Positions 21,238-31,499 of a DNA stretch of 64,000 nucleotides are shown here, in pieces (the first letter of the stretch is position 1; every line of letters starts with the position of its first letter). The translations under genes and the position numbers were made by a program. The notes under the pieces are model-generated. The model saw only the letters and a program-made list of their open reading frames with translations. It was not told the DNA's origin and did not search any database. The DNA is from an uncultured bacterium (GTDB lineage: Bacteria > Fidelibacterota > Marinisomatia > Marinisomatales > UBA1611): positions 32,001-96,000 of the forward strand of contig CBFIBM010000004.1 of assembly GCA_965660855.1 (NCBI GenBank), in the 5' to 3' direction.

Positions 21238-21908
21238 TAAAATATTTCCTTACATAAATTTATTGATAATGAAATTATTTGATTACTTAGTTTTAAGCCA
21301 AAACCAAGATCTAAAAAATAATTTTTATATAAGCAATCAATCTCAAAATAGTTTAACTGCCCTTTTTTTCGCTGTATATCATTTGAAATTCGAAAAATTG
21401 AAGTTTTTATAAACATTGAACCAGCCCCATATCGAAAATGAAAATTTTTCAACTCCACCCATTTTTTAAGTTCAATATTAATTGAACTTAAAAAAAAATG
21501 TTCTAATCCTTTTATATCCGTTCTTTGAACTATAAATAAATTATTTAAGGTATCATCATTCGTTCCAAAATAATACTGAACTCCTGCTCCTAAAATTTGA
21601 GGTGTTTCATCATCAAATTGAAAACTAAAAACCTTAGATGAAAGCATTAAGTTTTTTGATATCTGGGCAGAAAAATTTATTTTAGGATAAAATGTATTAT
21701 TTTTAAACCCACTTATTGTAAGATACGAATTTTGAAAGTGAATTTTTGCTTTACTATTGGGGTTTATAGTTGGTGTTTGTGAAAGCAAATAACCTGTACT
21801 TAATAAAATATGCTCCTCACAGTTGTCACAATTTTCTAAATCAAAATTAGATGATGCCGATGAAATAAGGACAACAAAAAAAATCCAATACTTCATTAAA
21901 GGTTTCAT
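21237..21908 (-). CDS. Hypothetical exported / outer-membrane protein
   Basis: Signal peptide, beta-strand-like aromatic pattern, terminal Phe; TAATG overlap with dxr. Confidence 0.6.
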   Translation of the reverse strand: MKPLMKYWIFFVVLISSASSNFDLENCDNCEEHILLSTGYLLSQTPTINPNSKAKIHFQNSYLTISGFKNNTFYPKINFSAQISKNLMLSSKVFSFQFDDETPQILGAGVQYYFGTNDDTLNNLFIVQRTDIKGLEHFFLSSINIELKKWVELKNFHFRYGAGSMFIKTSIFRISNDIQRKKGQLNYFEIDCLYKNYFLDLGFGLKLSNQIISLSINLCKEIF

Positions 21909-21917
21909 TAATTTAAA

Positions 21918-22682
21918 TTAAATTATTCCACGTTTTGATGTATCAATAAAATATAATATCTGTTTTTTAAATGGGGAGTCTGGAAACTTTTCTTTTATTT
22001 TTAAAATAGATTCATTTCTGTTCCGTTTTGAATGGAAATATTCTTTATAGATCTCTTTAATTATTTTTCTATCAACTGGCGAGAATCCTCTTCTTTTTAA
22101 CCCTGTCCCATTTATACCTTGATATGATAAGGGAGTTTCCGCAGCTAAAATATATGGTGGTATATCTTGTACAACTCTAAACCCTCCTCCAACAAAAGCA
22201 TGTTCACCAATTTTGGTAAATTGATGAACAAGAACGCCACCACCAAGCACAACCCAGTTTTCAACTTCAACATGTCCGCCTAAAGTTGTTAGGTTTGACA
22301 TAATTACATTATCACCTATTATACAATCATGAGCAACATGTGTGGAAGCCATTAATAAACACTCAGATCCCACTCGAGTTTCTCCTGAAGCCGAAGTACC
22401 CCTATTAATAGTAACATATTCACGTATTGTCGTTGCTCTACCAATAATAGTTTTGGTCTTTTCACCATCAAATTTTAAATCTTGTGGAATCTCTCCAATT
22501 GAAGATGCGTGAAATATTCTACAATTAGACCCAATTTTAGTATTAGAAAAAATATTAACATGATTCCCTATAATCGTATTATCTCCAATATCAACATCAC
22601 CTTCAACTATAGAATAAGGACCAATCTTTACATTATCTCCTAGATTGGCTTTTCTATCGATAATTGCTGTTTTATGTATCAA
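21918..22682 (-). CDS. lpxA: Acyl-ACP--UDP-GlcNAc O-acyltransferase
   Basis: Hexapeptide repeats, PQDLKF, HVAHDC, VHQF, GLKRRGF. Confidence 0.97.
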   Translation of the reverse strand: MIHKTAIIDRKANLGDNVKIGPYSIVEGDVDIGDNTIIGNHVNIFSNTKIGSNCRIFHASSIGEIPQDLKFDGEKTKTIIGRATTIREYVTINRGTSASGETRVGSECLLMASTHVAHDCIIGDNVIMSNLTTLGGHVEVENWVVLGGGVLVHQFTKIGEHAFVGGGFRVVQDIPPYILAAETPLSYQGINGTGLKRRGFSPVDRKIIKEIYKEYFHSKRNRNESILKIKEKFPDSPFKKQILYFIDTSKRGII

Positions 22683-22692
22683 ATTTGAAATG

Positions 22693-23157
22693 TTATTCTC
22701 TCGCTCTATCTACAAGGTTCGCTGCAAATTTTGCTTCTGCTACAAGGGTATCGTCTACGTAGCATTTCCCGTGAAACTTACATAAATTTAATTTTCTTTT
22801 TGCTAACTCCATATGGACTTTTAATTGATCTCCGGGAGTAATCGGTTTTCTAAACTTTGCACTTTCAACAGTTGAGAAGAACATATTCATAGATAAAGGG
22901 TCCTTAATTTGGCTTAACATTAAAAAGGACCCTGCCTGTGCCATAATCTCAAGAGAGAGAACGCCTGGCATAACTGGCTGTCCTGGAAAGTGCCCTTGAA
23001 AAAAGGGTTCATTTATTGTCATATTTTTTAATGCTACAAGTGATTTACCTTCTTCTATTATATTTATTCTATCTATTAGAATAAATGGATATCTATGAGG
23101 TAATATTTTTATAATATCATTTATATCAAAATCTTTTTGATTTATTAAACTATTCAT
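22693..23157 (-). CDS. fabZ: 3-hydroxyacyl-ACP dehydratase FabZ
   Basis: LPHRYPF, FFQGHFPGQPVMPGVL.LE. Start placed at MNSL, preceded by GGGGGA. Confidence 0.95.
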   Translation of the reverse strand: MNSLINQKDFDINDIIKILPHRYPFILIDRINIIEEGKSLVALKNMTINEPFFQGHFPGQPVMPGVLSLEIMAQAGSFLMLSQIKDPLSMNMFFSTVESAKFRKPITPGDQLKVHMELAKRKLNLCKFHGKCYVDDTLVAEAKFAANLVDRARE

Positions 23158-23159
23158 TA

Positions 23160-24107
23160 CTAATCCCCCAACCATAATTCATTTAATTCTTTTGCATATT
23201 CTTTTTTTACTTTTTTTACAAACTCAACATTACTTGCATGCCCAGCTCTTGCTGCAGTAACATGTCCTTTAATTGGAACACCTAACAACGCTAAGTCTCC
23301 AATGAGATCCAAAGTTTTATGTCTAACTGGTTCATTCTTAAAACGTAGAACTTTTCCATTTAAAATACCGTTAGCTCCTTGGATTATATTATCTTCTATT
23401 CCGAATAAATCTTTTAATCTTTCCATTTCTATATTATCAATTACTTTATCTATTATCACAACTGCATTATCTAAGGCGCCGCCTCTTATTAGTCCTTTTT
23501 CTTTAAGCATTTCCACTTCACTTAAAAAGCAAAAAGTCCTTGCTGGAGCAACCTCAAACGCAAAATCTTCTTCCATGTTATAAATTGCCTCATATTGAGT
23601 TCCTAAAGCCGGAAGTGGATATTCAACCATAAAAGTAATTCTAAACCTATCAGATGGAATTACATGTATATCTATATCTCTGTAAGGATTTGTGTAGTTT
23701 ACTGCTCTTGTTATTTCAAGAACTTTTCGTTCTTTCTTTTGTAGTTTAATTCCGGCTTTAATTAAGCACTCCACAAAATCCTTTGCACTACCATCCATTA
23801 CTGGAGGCTCTTTACCTGTTAATTCGATCAGTATGTTGTCAATTCTTAATCCACTTACCGCAGCCAAAGCATGTTCTACTGTGTGGATTCTAACATCATT
23901 CTCTTCAATAGTTGTTCCTCTAGAAATATCAACTACATGGTCAATATCTGCCTTTATTTCTGTACGACCAGGTATATCTGACCTTATGAATCTGATTCCA
24001 TAATTTTCAGGAGCAGGATGAAATGTTATTTTTGTTTTAACTCCAGTATGTAATCCAACACCTTCACATGATTGGGAAGACCTTATTGTTCTTTGTTTTC
24101 TTTCCAT
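23160..24107 (-). CDS. lpxC: UDP-3-O-acyl-GlcNAc deacetylase
   Basis: GVGLHTG, TVEH, PVMDGS, ARTF, RHKTLDLIGDL, GH. Confidence 0.97.
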   Translation of the reverse strand: MERKQRTIRSSQSCEGVGLHTGVKTKITFHPAPENYGIRFIRSDIPGRTEIKADIDHVVDISRGTTIEENDVRIHTVEHALAAVSGLRIDNILIELTGKEPPVMDGSAKDFVECLIKAGIKLQKKERKVLEITRAVNYTNPYRDIDIHVIPSDRFRITFMVEYPLPALGTQYEAIYNMEEDFAFEVAPARTFCFLSEVEMLKEKGLIRGGALDNAVVIIDKVIDNIEMERLKDLFGIEDNIIQGANGILNGKVLRFKNEPVRHKTLDLIGDLALLGVPIKGHVTAARAGHASNVEFVKKVKKEYAKELNELWLGD

Positions 24108-24109
24108 AG

Positions 24110-25108
24110 TTATTCTTTTAAACTATCCTGTTCTTTAAAAATTTTACTAACCTTATTAATTATAGCTTCTCTTTTATTATGCTCTCTAATTTCTCTTGCA
24201 GGGTACCCGGCATAGACTCTCCCACCCTTGAGTGACTTTGTTACACCCGATTTGGCTGCAAATATTGATTTAGGTCCTATTTGAATATGGCCAGCTACAC
24301 CCACCTTACCAGCAAAAGTACAAAAATCTCCTACCAAAGTACTACCTGAAATACCAAATTGAGCAGCTATTAGACACCCCTTCCCAATATTTACATTATG
24401 AGCTATATGGATTAAGTTATCTAACTTAGAGCCCTCACCAATTAAAGTACTCCCAATTGTACCTCTATCAATTGAACAATTTGATCCTATTTCAACATTA
24501 TTTTCAATTTTTACATTACCAGTTTGAAGTATCTTATAATGGTAATTTTTATGTGTTACATAACCAAATCCATCTGAACCAATTACACTACCGCTGTGAA
24601 TTTCAACATTTTCCCCAATAATGGTATCATTATATATTGTTACATTCGGATGGATAATGGTATTTTGACCAATTTTAACATGCTCTCCGATGAAAGTATT
24701 TGACCCAATAATAGTATTTTTATTAATAATGGATTTAGACATAATATTAACGCCTGATTCAATTACTACATCTTCTTCTATTATTGAGTTTTTACTTATA
24801 TTTGAATTTTTATGAATAGAGCCTTTTCTCTTTTTTTTAGGGAAAAAAAGCTCTAGTGTCTTAGCCATTGCTAGTTGAGGGTTTTCAACGACAATTCCAT
24901 CTCTATTCTTGAGCAGGGATGAGCTATTAACTAATACCGCTGAAGATTTTGTTTTTGCTAAATATTTCTTATAAATTGGATTAGAAAGAAAAGTAATTGT
25001 TCCTTTACGACTATTTTGAATTTCAGAGACACCGTTGATCAAGAGCTTTTCGTTTCCAAATAATTGACCATTAACGTGATCGGATATCTCACCTAATGTG
25101 AGTTTCAA
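24110..25108 (-). CDS. lpxD: UDP-3-O-acyl-glucosamine N-acyltransferase
   Basis: [23 protein letters not shown], hexapeptide repeats. Confidence 0.97.
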   Translation of the reverse strand: MKLTLGEISDHVNGQLFGNEKLLINGVSEIQNSRKGTITFLSNPIYKKYLAKTKSSAVLVNSSSLLKNRDGIVVENPQLAMAKTLELFFPKKKRKGSIHKNSNISKNSIIEEDVVIESGVNIMSKSIINKNTIIGSNTFIGEHVKIGQNTIIHPNVTIYNDTIIGENVEIHSGSVIGSDGFGYVTHKNYHYKILQTGNVKIENNVEIGSNCSIDRGTIGSTLIGEGSKLDNLIHIAHNVNIGKGCLIAAQFGISGSTLVGDFCTFAGKVGVAGHIQIGPKSIFAAKSGVTKSLKGGRVYAGYPAREIREHNKREAIINKVSKIFKEQDSLKE

Positions 25109-25114
25109 ACTAAG

Positions 25115-25642
25115 TTACTTTTTAGATTCTAAGTTTCTTAATTCATGCAAGACATCATCTGTCATATCATACTTTGGCTTAAAATAAAGTAGACCAACCG
25201 ATGCGTCAATGATATAATCAAATCCTCCATCAATAGCAACTTTATCGACTGCTTCTTTAACTTTTCCTAAAATTTCATATTCCATTTGAGCTTGTTTTTT
25301 CATTAATTCACCTTGTGGACCAACTTTCTCAGCCTGATAATTTTGGATAGATCTTTCCATTTGAGCTAATTCTTGTTTTATACTTTCTCCTTTATCAAGA
25401 GCCATCAAGCGTTTAACCTCATAATCTTGTTTTAAACTATCCATTTTTAGAACCATCTGATCAAACTCTAACTGAACTTTTCTATACTCTAACTGTAATT
25501 GTGATTCAGCCTCTTTAAATTCTTCAAATTCTGTCCTAATACGCTCTGATAAAATATATCCAATTTTTAATTGTGCTGATACGGTACTTATCATACCTAA
25601 ATATGCTATAAAAAAAATAATTATACGTGATAAACCTTTCAC
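25115..25642 (-). CDS. skp: Skp/OmpH periplasmic chaperone
   Basis: AQLKIGY, coiled coil, DYIID...DMTDDVL; lies between bamA and lpxD. Confidence 0.92.
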   Translation of the reverse strand: MKGLSRIIIFFIAYLGMISTVSAQLKIGYILSERIRTEFEEFKEAESQLQLEYRKVQLEFDQMVLKMDSLKQDYEVKRLMALDKGESIKQELAQMERSIQNYQAEKVGPQGELMKKQAQMEYEILGKVKEAVDKVAIDGGFDYIIDASVGLLYFKPKYDMTDDVLHELRNLESKK

Positions 25643-25658
25643 ACTTCCCTCCTATTAA

Positions 25659-28085
25659 TTAAAATTGTTGTCCAAATGTCAATGTTGTTTTCCAGGCAGG
25701 ATCCAATTCCCCAGAAGAATCAACTCTGTCGAATCCATATCCAATATCAAATCCAAGTTTTCCTATCATTGGCATAAAAAACCTAATTCCTGCTCCAACA
25801 GACCTTTTTAAATCCATAGGGCCATTTCTTGGAAGGTTTAATCTCTCCATTAAATCATTTGAAGACCAAATATTTCCCATTTCGGCAAATACTATACCGT
25901 AAACTACGGGATTTTCTGCAAATGGCACTCTAAATTCTGTCCCAATTTTCACCATAGTATTTCCACCAATAGGATTACCACTTGTAGTGAGAGGCCCCAC
26001 TCTATTGTCATCGTATCCCCTTAGAGGATTACCATATGGAATTCCATTTCCTCCCATTATAAAACGATCATTGTAGGGAATAAAAGAAATCCCCCCATTT
26101 TTTGAAGGGAGTTCCTTTATAACACCAATTTTAAAAGAATTTGTCAATACAAATTTCCAAAAAGTAGGTGTATACCATTCTAAGTTTAATGTGTGTTTGT
26201 GAAAATTTTCTTGTCCTCCTAAAGCCCAACCGGATAATGTTGAGTTTAAGGAGAAATGGGAACCTAATGTTGGGAATTCAGGATGATCTCTACTATCCCT
26301 CCTTAAAGATTGAGTCAAAGAGATACCATCGGATTGTTTCATACCACCTGCATATCTATCAAGATCTTCTTGAGTCCCTTTATTAATTCTTCTAGCCATT
26401 TGAAAGGACCATGTTCCTCTAAAAAAGTCATCTGGCCACTTAAAAATTCTACCCCACATAATACTTCCACCAGCGAGTGTTGTAAGTAACGGGGAATAAT
26501 AAGCAGTTGAACCTCCTCCTTGTAATCTATAAAAAACAGACCCACCTAATAAGTTTTTAGTATCATTAACCATCGGGTCTGTGAAGCTGATGCTAGCTGT
26601 TCTGTATTTTGGTTGATTCGAATTAAAATTTTGATAATTATACGATGAATTTGATCCACCAACATTTGTTCCTACATTAAAACTAAAACTAAAACTTTGT
26701 CCTTTCCCTCTAAAGTTAGGAAGTGCAAGTCCACCACCACCTGTCATTCCCAAGGATTGGGTATAGCCCATGTTTGCGCTAGCTTGTCCTGCTGGTTTTT
26801 CTTCAACCGTAAATTCAATATCTACCTTGTCTTCAGAAACTGGTAAAATATTTGGATTTGCATTCGCAAAAAAATTTAGCATCATAACTTCTCGATAACT
26901 ACGAGCAATTCTATCTTGGTTGTATACATCACCTGGGAAAATTCTTAACTGCCTTCTTATGACATTTTCACGTGTTCTTGTATTCCCAACTATAGAAATA
27001 TTATCTATATATACTTTATGATTTTCAACTATTGAAAACTTTACATCCAAAGAATCTTTTTCTACTGGTGTTACTTGAGGCTCAATACGACTATAGATGT
27101 ATCCCCTATCTAGATAAAGACCTTGAACTCTAGAAAAAACAGCCATATTGAAGGCCTCTTCATTATAAATATCGCCTTTCTCTAAGGCAAGCGCTCTATT
27201 CAATTCTGTTTGAGTAAATAAAGACATACCTTCCCAGGAAAAATTTCTGTATTTATACGGGGGACCTTCTTCAACTTTAATTATTAAATTCATCTTTCTT
27301 TTATTCTTAGAATAATTTATTGAATCACTAACAATACTAAAGTCTCTATATCCTTTGTTCTTATAAAATGCGGATAGCAGAAGAAGATCTTCATCAAATT
27401 TCTTATTATCAAATGTAGATCTCCAAAAGAAATACCAGGGCTGTTGCTTTGTTTCTTTTAATTGCCATCTAAGTCTAAAATCAGAAAAAGTTTCATTTCC
27501 TTCAAATACTACTTTACCAATTTTAGTTTTATTATTTTCTTTAATAGTAAAACGTATATTTCTAGCTAACTCTTTACCTCTTCCTCCAAATAAAGTAATT
27601 TTTTCTTTTGGAACTACTAATGATGAGCTAACCTGAATATTTAAAAACCCCTTCTCCGCGTATAGTCTTTTTATTATTTCTTCCGCTTTTTTAATGGTAT
27701 TAGGTTTTATTCTTTGCCCTTCAGAAAAAGATAATTCTTCATCAAGTTTAGAATTTTTTAATTTTCTATTACCGTTATACAATATTTTATTCAACACATA
27801 GTTTTCTGAAACTGCAATGATTATAGATAGACCTTTGGAAGATTCTTCATCGTATTCTATTTGTATATCTTGGAATAGACCTAGTTTCCACAATCGCTTT
27901 ATTGCTCTAGGAAAATCAACAGGCGATATACTTTGCCCTTCCTTAATTCCTGCAGTAAATAAAATTGTATTTTCAGAAGTAATAATATTTCCCCTAACGC
28001 TAACTTTATTAATTATAATCTTCTGATTTGCATTTTGAGTAAAACAAAATAAATGAAAAAAAAGATAAATAAATAAAATCTTCAT
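25659..28085 (-). CDS. bamA: Outer membrane protein assembly factor BamA
   Basis: POTRA repeats (GN..T.ENVIRR), LRGY motif, C-terminal FGQQF. Confidence 0.96.
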   Translation of the reverse strand: MKILFIYLFFHLFCFTQNANQKIIINKVSVRGNIITSENTILFTAGIKEGQSISPVDFPRAIKRLWKLGLFQDIQIEYDEESSKGLSIIIAVSENYVLNKILYNGNRKLKNSKLDEELSFSEGQRIKPNTIKKAEEIIKRLYAEKGFLNIQVSSSLVVPKEKITLFGGRGKELARNIRFTIKENNKTKIGKVVFEGNETFSDFRLRWQLKETKQQPWYFFWRSTFDNKKFDEDLLLLSAFYKNKGYRDFSIVSDSINYSKNKRKMNLIIKVEEGPPYKYRNFSWEGMSLFTQTELNRALALEKGDIYNEEAFNMAVFSRVQGLYLDRGYIYSRIEPQVTPVEKDSLDVKFSIVENHKVYIDNISIVGNTRTRENVIRRQLRIFPGDVYNQDRIARSYREVMMLNFFANANPNILPVSEDKVDIEFTVEEKPAGQASANMGYTQSLGMTGGGGLALPNFRGKGQSFSFSFNVGTNVGGSNSSYNYQNFNSNQPKYRTASISFTDPMVNDTKNLLGGSVFYRLQGGGSTAYYSPLLTTLAGGSIMWGRIFKWPDDFFRGTWSFQMARRINKGTQEDLDRYAGGMKQSDGISLTQSLRRDSRDHPEFPTLGSHFSLNSTLSGWALGGQENFHKHTLNLEWYTPTFWKFVLTNSFKIGVIKELPSKNGGISFIPYNDRFIMGGNGIPYGNPLRGYDDNRVGPLTTSGNPIGGNTMVKIGTEFRVPFAENPVVYGIVFAEMGNIWSSNDLMERLNLPRNGPMDLKRSVGAGIRFFMPMIGKLGFDIGYGFDRVDSSGELDPAWKTTLTFGQQF

Positions 28086-28837
28086 TAAGAATTACCAACT
28101 TGTTCACTAACCTTACCAAACCTTCTTTCCCTACTTTGATAATCAATTAATGCTTTTATTAATTCCTCCTTCCTAAAATCTGGCCAGTATGTATCGGTCA
28201 TATAAATTTCAGTATATGCACTCTGCCATAAAAGAAAATTACTAAGTCTACTTTCCCCGCTTGTCCTTATCATTAAATCAGGATCAGGAATCAAATTGGT
28301 GTAAAGATGCTTAGAGAAGAGTTGTTCATTTATATCATCCAGATTTATTGAGCCCTTAAGAACATTTTTTGCTAAAATTTTTGTGGCTTGTATTATTTCA
28401 TGACGACTTCCATAATTTAAAGCAAGAGAAAGGCTTAAACCTGTGTTTTGTCTAGTTAAATCTATTCCTTTTTGTAAACCTCCACTTGTACTTTTGGGTA
28501 ACATATCTAGATCTCCAATCACATTAAATTTTACATTGTTTCTATGGAGATCCTTAACTTCTTTATTAATTGTTTTCAATAATAATTTCATCAAAGCTGT
28601 CACCTCTGCCTTTGGCCTCTTCCAGTTCTCTTTCGAAAAAGTATACAAGGTTAAAAATTTTACCCCAATTTCTCCACATATACGTGTGACCTCTCTGACA
28701 GAATTGATTCCTTCCCGATGTCCTGCAATTCGGGGTAATAGTTTTTTTCTAGCCCATCTACCATTTCCATCCATTATTATAGCTATGTGTCTTGGAACAT
28801 GATCTAATGAAATTCTGTTTTTTATATCGAGTTTCAT
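28085..28837 (-). CDS. uppS: Undecaprenyl diphosphate synthase
   Basis: IIMDGNGRWA, FSKENWKRP, RTSGESRLSNFLLWQ. Confidence 0.98.
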   Translation of the reverse strand: MKLDIKNRISLDHVPRHIAIIMDGNGRWARKKLLPRIAGHREGINSVREVTRICGEIGVKFLTLYTFSKENWKRPKAEVTALMKLLLKTINKEVKDLHRNNVKFNVIGDLDMLPKSTSGGLQKGIDLTRQNTGLSLSLALNYGSRHEIIQATKILAKNVLKGSINLDDINEQLFSKHLYTNLIPDPDLMIRTSGESRLSNFLLWQSAYTEIYMTDTYWPDFRKEELIKALIDYQSRERRFGKVSEQVGNS

Positions 28838-28948
28838 GGATTTATAATGAGATATTTTATGATTGCCTATTTTTTAAAGGATAAAATTTAATAGTATATA
28901 CAATTTTATACTTAAAAAAAATTAGAATTGTTCCAATCTAGAAAAATT

Positions 28949-30064
28949 CTATTTGCTCTGGAAATCTATTTGGATTAAGAGGTTCTCAGTAATTCTTGTA
29001 TAAAAATTTTTTGACGATGAATCTGTTTCTTGGGCAGTAATAGGCACGCCATCATCAGTTGCTAGCATTATTCTTTCTAATATCGGAATTTTACCTAAGA
29101 GAGGGACATCTAATCGCTTACTTTCTATCTCTCCACCACCTTTTTTGAACAGATCAAGAACAACATTAAACTTACCCTCTTTAGATATTTCTATATTTTT
29201 TCCATTTACTTCCAATTTAGTATCTTTATTTAATTCAGAAAGGGAACCATTTATAGAAAGACCTGACATGTTCTCAATGACACCTAAAACAGGTGTGTTT
29301 ACTTTTGTAAACATATCTGCTCCTTTTCTAACATCTGCTAATGCCATATCTTGTGGTGTTGTTACAATCACGGCTCCAGTCATCTTTAACTTTTGAGTTA
29401 AAGTAAGTTGTATATCTCCAGTGCCAGGAGGAAGATCTAAAATCATAAAATCAAGGTCACCCCACTCTACATCCTTAAAAAATTGCTCAGTCATTCTAGA
29501 TACTAAAGGCCCTCTCCATATTACAGGAGTCTCATTACCGCTTATAAACCCAAAGCTCATCACTTTCATACCATATTTTTCTAAGGGGATAAGTTTTTTG
29601 TCATTGGTCATTTCTGGTTGCTCATTTATACCTAATGCTATAGGTAATGAAGGACCATATATATCTAAGTCAAGAAGACCAACTTTATAACCTTTTTTAG
29701 CAAGCGAACAAGCAAGGTTAACAGCAACAGTTGATTTTCCAACACCTCCTTTCCCACTTGCGACTGCTATTATATTTTTTACATTACTTAGTGATGGTTT
29801 TTGTGGTGTTAATGAAGCATTTGGTGAAGAATCTGTGTTTGCTAAAGCAATCTCGACCTCATTATAATCTTTTTTTAATGTAGCCTTAATACTTTCAATT
29901 ACTTGAGATTTTTTGTCTTCATTTTTTGTAGACAAATTAAGTGTAATCACAACTCTTTGACCTACAATTTCAATATCTTTAACCATTCCAAAGGAAATTA
30001 TATCCCTTGAAAAACCTGGGTAATTAATCGTTGATAACTTTTTTAATATTTCTTCTTTATTCAT
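28949..30064 (-). CDS. mrp: Mrp/ApbC/NBP35 P-loop ATPase
   Basis: N-terminal FeS-assembly domain, SGKGGVGKST, DIYGPS, WRGP, DLPPGTGD, ENMS. Confidence 0.95.
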   Translation of the reverse strand: MNKEEILKKLSTINYPGFSRDIISFGMVKDIEIVGQRVVITLNLSTKNEDKKSQVIESIKATLKKDYNEVEIALANTDSSPNASLTPQKPSLSNVKNIIAVASGKGGVGKSTVAVNLACSLAKKGYKVGLLDLDIYGPSLPIALGINEQPEMTNDKKLIPLEKYGMKVMSFGFISGNETPVIWRGPLVSRMTEQFFKDVEWGDLDFMILDLPPGTGDIQLTLTQKLKMTGAVIVTTPQDMALADVRKGADMFTKVNTPVLGVIENMSGLSINGSLSELNKDTKLEVNGKNIEISKEGKFNVVLDLFKKGGGEIESKRLDVPLLGKIPILERIMLATDDGVPITAQETDSSSKNFYTRITENLLIQIDFQSK

Positions 30065-30075
30065 AATCTTTTAAT

Positions 30076-30104
30076 AAAAAAAAACGGCTGTTTATAAACA
30101 GCCG
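30076..30104 (-). terminator. Intrinsic terminator-like hairpin after the ferredoxin gene
   Basis: Perfect 20-bp palindrome CGGCTGTTTATAAACAGCCG (30085-30104) followed by T9 on the minus strand. Confidence 0.8.
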
Positions 30105-30129
30105 CTTCCGATAAGTTTATAAGAGTTAT

Positions 30130-30435
30130 TTATCCTGGGTAATCCCTTCCGAACCACTCATAATTTATTTTTATATACTTATTCCATTCTTCAGGAACTT
30201 CACTTTCTTCAAATATTGCTTCAACAGGGCACTCAGGTTCACAAGCACCACAATCAATACACTCTTCAGGGTCAATGTAAAGAGAATCTTTTTCATCTGG
30301 AACAAAACCATCTACTTTTGCCTCAGCACCGGCTCCTTCTTTATCATGAGGACCATGGATACAATCCACTGGGCAAACCTCGACGCAAGCGGTGTCACAA
30401 GTCCCAACACAAGGTTCCGCAATGATATAAGTCAT
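30130..30435 (-). CDS. Dicluster (7Fe-type) ferredoxin
   Basis: CVGTCDTACVEVCPVDC and CIDCGACEPECPVEAI. Confidence 0.93.
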   Translation of the reverse strand: MTYIIAEPCVGTCDTACVEVCPVDCIHGPHDKEGAGAEAKVDGFVPDEKDSLYIDPEECIDCGACEPECPVEAIFEESEVPEEWNKYIKINYEWFGRDYPG

Positions 30436-30564
30436 AATAGTACTCCTACTTAGTTAATTATTTTATTACTTGATTCAATTTAAAATTTAATAGGAAAATA
30501 TTCTTCTTAAAAACATTTTACATAGTTCATCAGAAAAATTATCTGAAAACTAATTTTTTAAGCA

Positions 30565-30918
30565 TTATTCAGAAATATATAATTTTCTATTTTGTAATTC
30601 AGTCATTGTTTTAACTTGTTTAATCTCTTCGACTGCACCTTTTATTTTATCATCTAACTTTTTCAAAATTTTATCATTGGTGGCCATATTATTACTTAGC
30701 TGTATAAAGTCCTTATTTGCAACTATGACTTTATCTTTTGATGTATTCGCATCTTCAATTAACACATCAAGCTGATTTTCAATTTGATTTATTTTCGCTT
30801 TTAAACTATCTGACTGATCATTACTATTTATAACTCTAGAGTTGATCATAAAAAGGCCAATCAGTACTAAAAAAATATTAAAAGCTAGAAGTGCAGTAGT
30901 TGTGTTCTCTTTTTTCAT
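30565..30918 (-). CDS. Hypothetical membrane-anchored coiled-coil protein
   Basis: N-terminal transmembrane helix followed by heptad-like sequence. Confidence 0.65.
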   Translation of the reverse strand: MKKENTTTALLAFNIFLVLIGLFMINSRVINSNDQSDSLKAKINQIENQLDVLIEDANTSKDKVIVANKDFIQLSNNMATNDKILKKLDDKIKGAVEEIKQVKTMTELQNRKLYISE

Positions 30919-30979
30919 AGAATGTATTTTATTTAATGTTAAAGAAGATTATAAGTGCATTAATTATATTTGAAAATAA

Positions 30980-31486
30980 TTAGTACATACTCATAATACC
31001 AAGAATTATTAAAATAAAATATGGAACTAAATCAGCTGCGCCAATATAATCTTTTGCTATTCTTTGCCCCAATAACAGAAAAATTAAAGTAATTGCAATA
31101 TGAACAAAACCATAAAAAATCCATAAAGTTGTTCTTTCTGAAAATGAAAAATAGACGCCATAAACCAATATTAACCCGCCAATTAATTCAAGAATCGTTA
31201 AAATTGAAAGTAATAATGGATATATTTTCCTAAAAATACTTTTTGAGAACTGAACTTTAAAATATTCTAAATTTTCTTCTCGGTAAAAAATTTTATCTAA
31301 TCCTGATTGGATAAAAACTATTGCTATAAAAATTGCAATTAAAATTTGACATAGGACCAGAGGGTCCTTAAATGCTACACCTAAGAGTTCAATTCTATCT
31401 CCATATCGCTCAGCTACAGACTGTGCCAAACTGTAATTAAATATGATTATACTAGTAAAAACTAATTTTAAATAATATTTTAACAA
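30980..31486 (-). CDS. DoxX-family membrane protein
   Basis: FIQSGLDK, LELIGG, GQRIAKDY; multiple transmembrane helices. Confidence 0.75.
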   Translation of the reverse strand: MLKYYLKLVFTSIIIFNYSLAQSVAERYGDRIELLGVAFKDPLVLCQILIAIFIAIVFIQSGLDKIFYREENLEYFKVQFSKSIFRKIYPLLLSILTILELIGGLILVYGVYFSFSERTTLWIFYGFVHIAITLIFLLLGQRIAKDYIGAADLVPYFILIILGIMSMY

Positions 31487-31499
31487 TGTAATACCTCTT

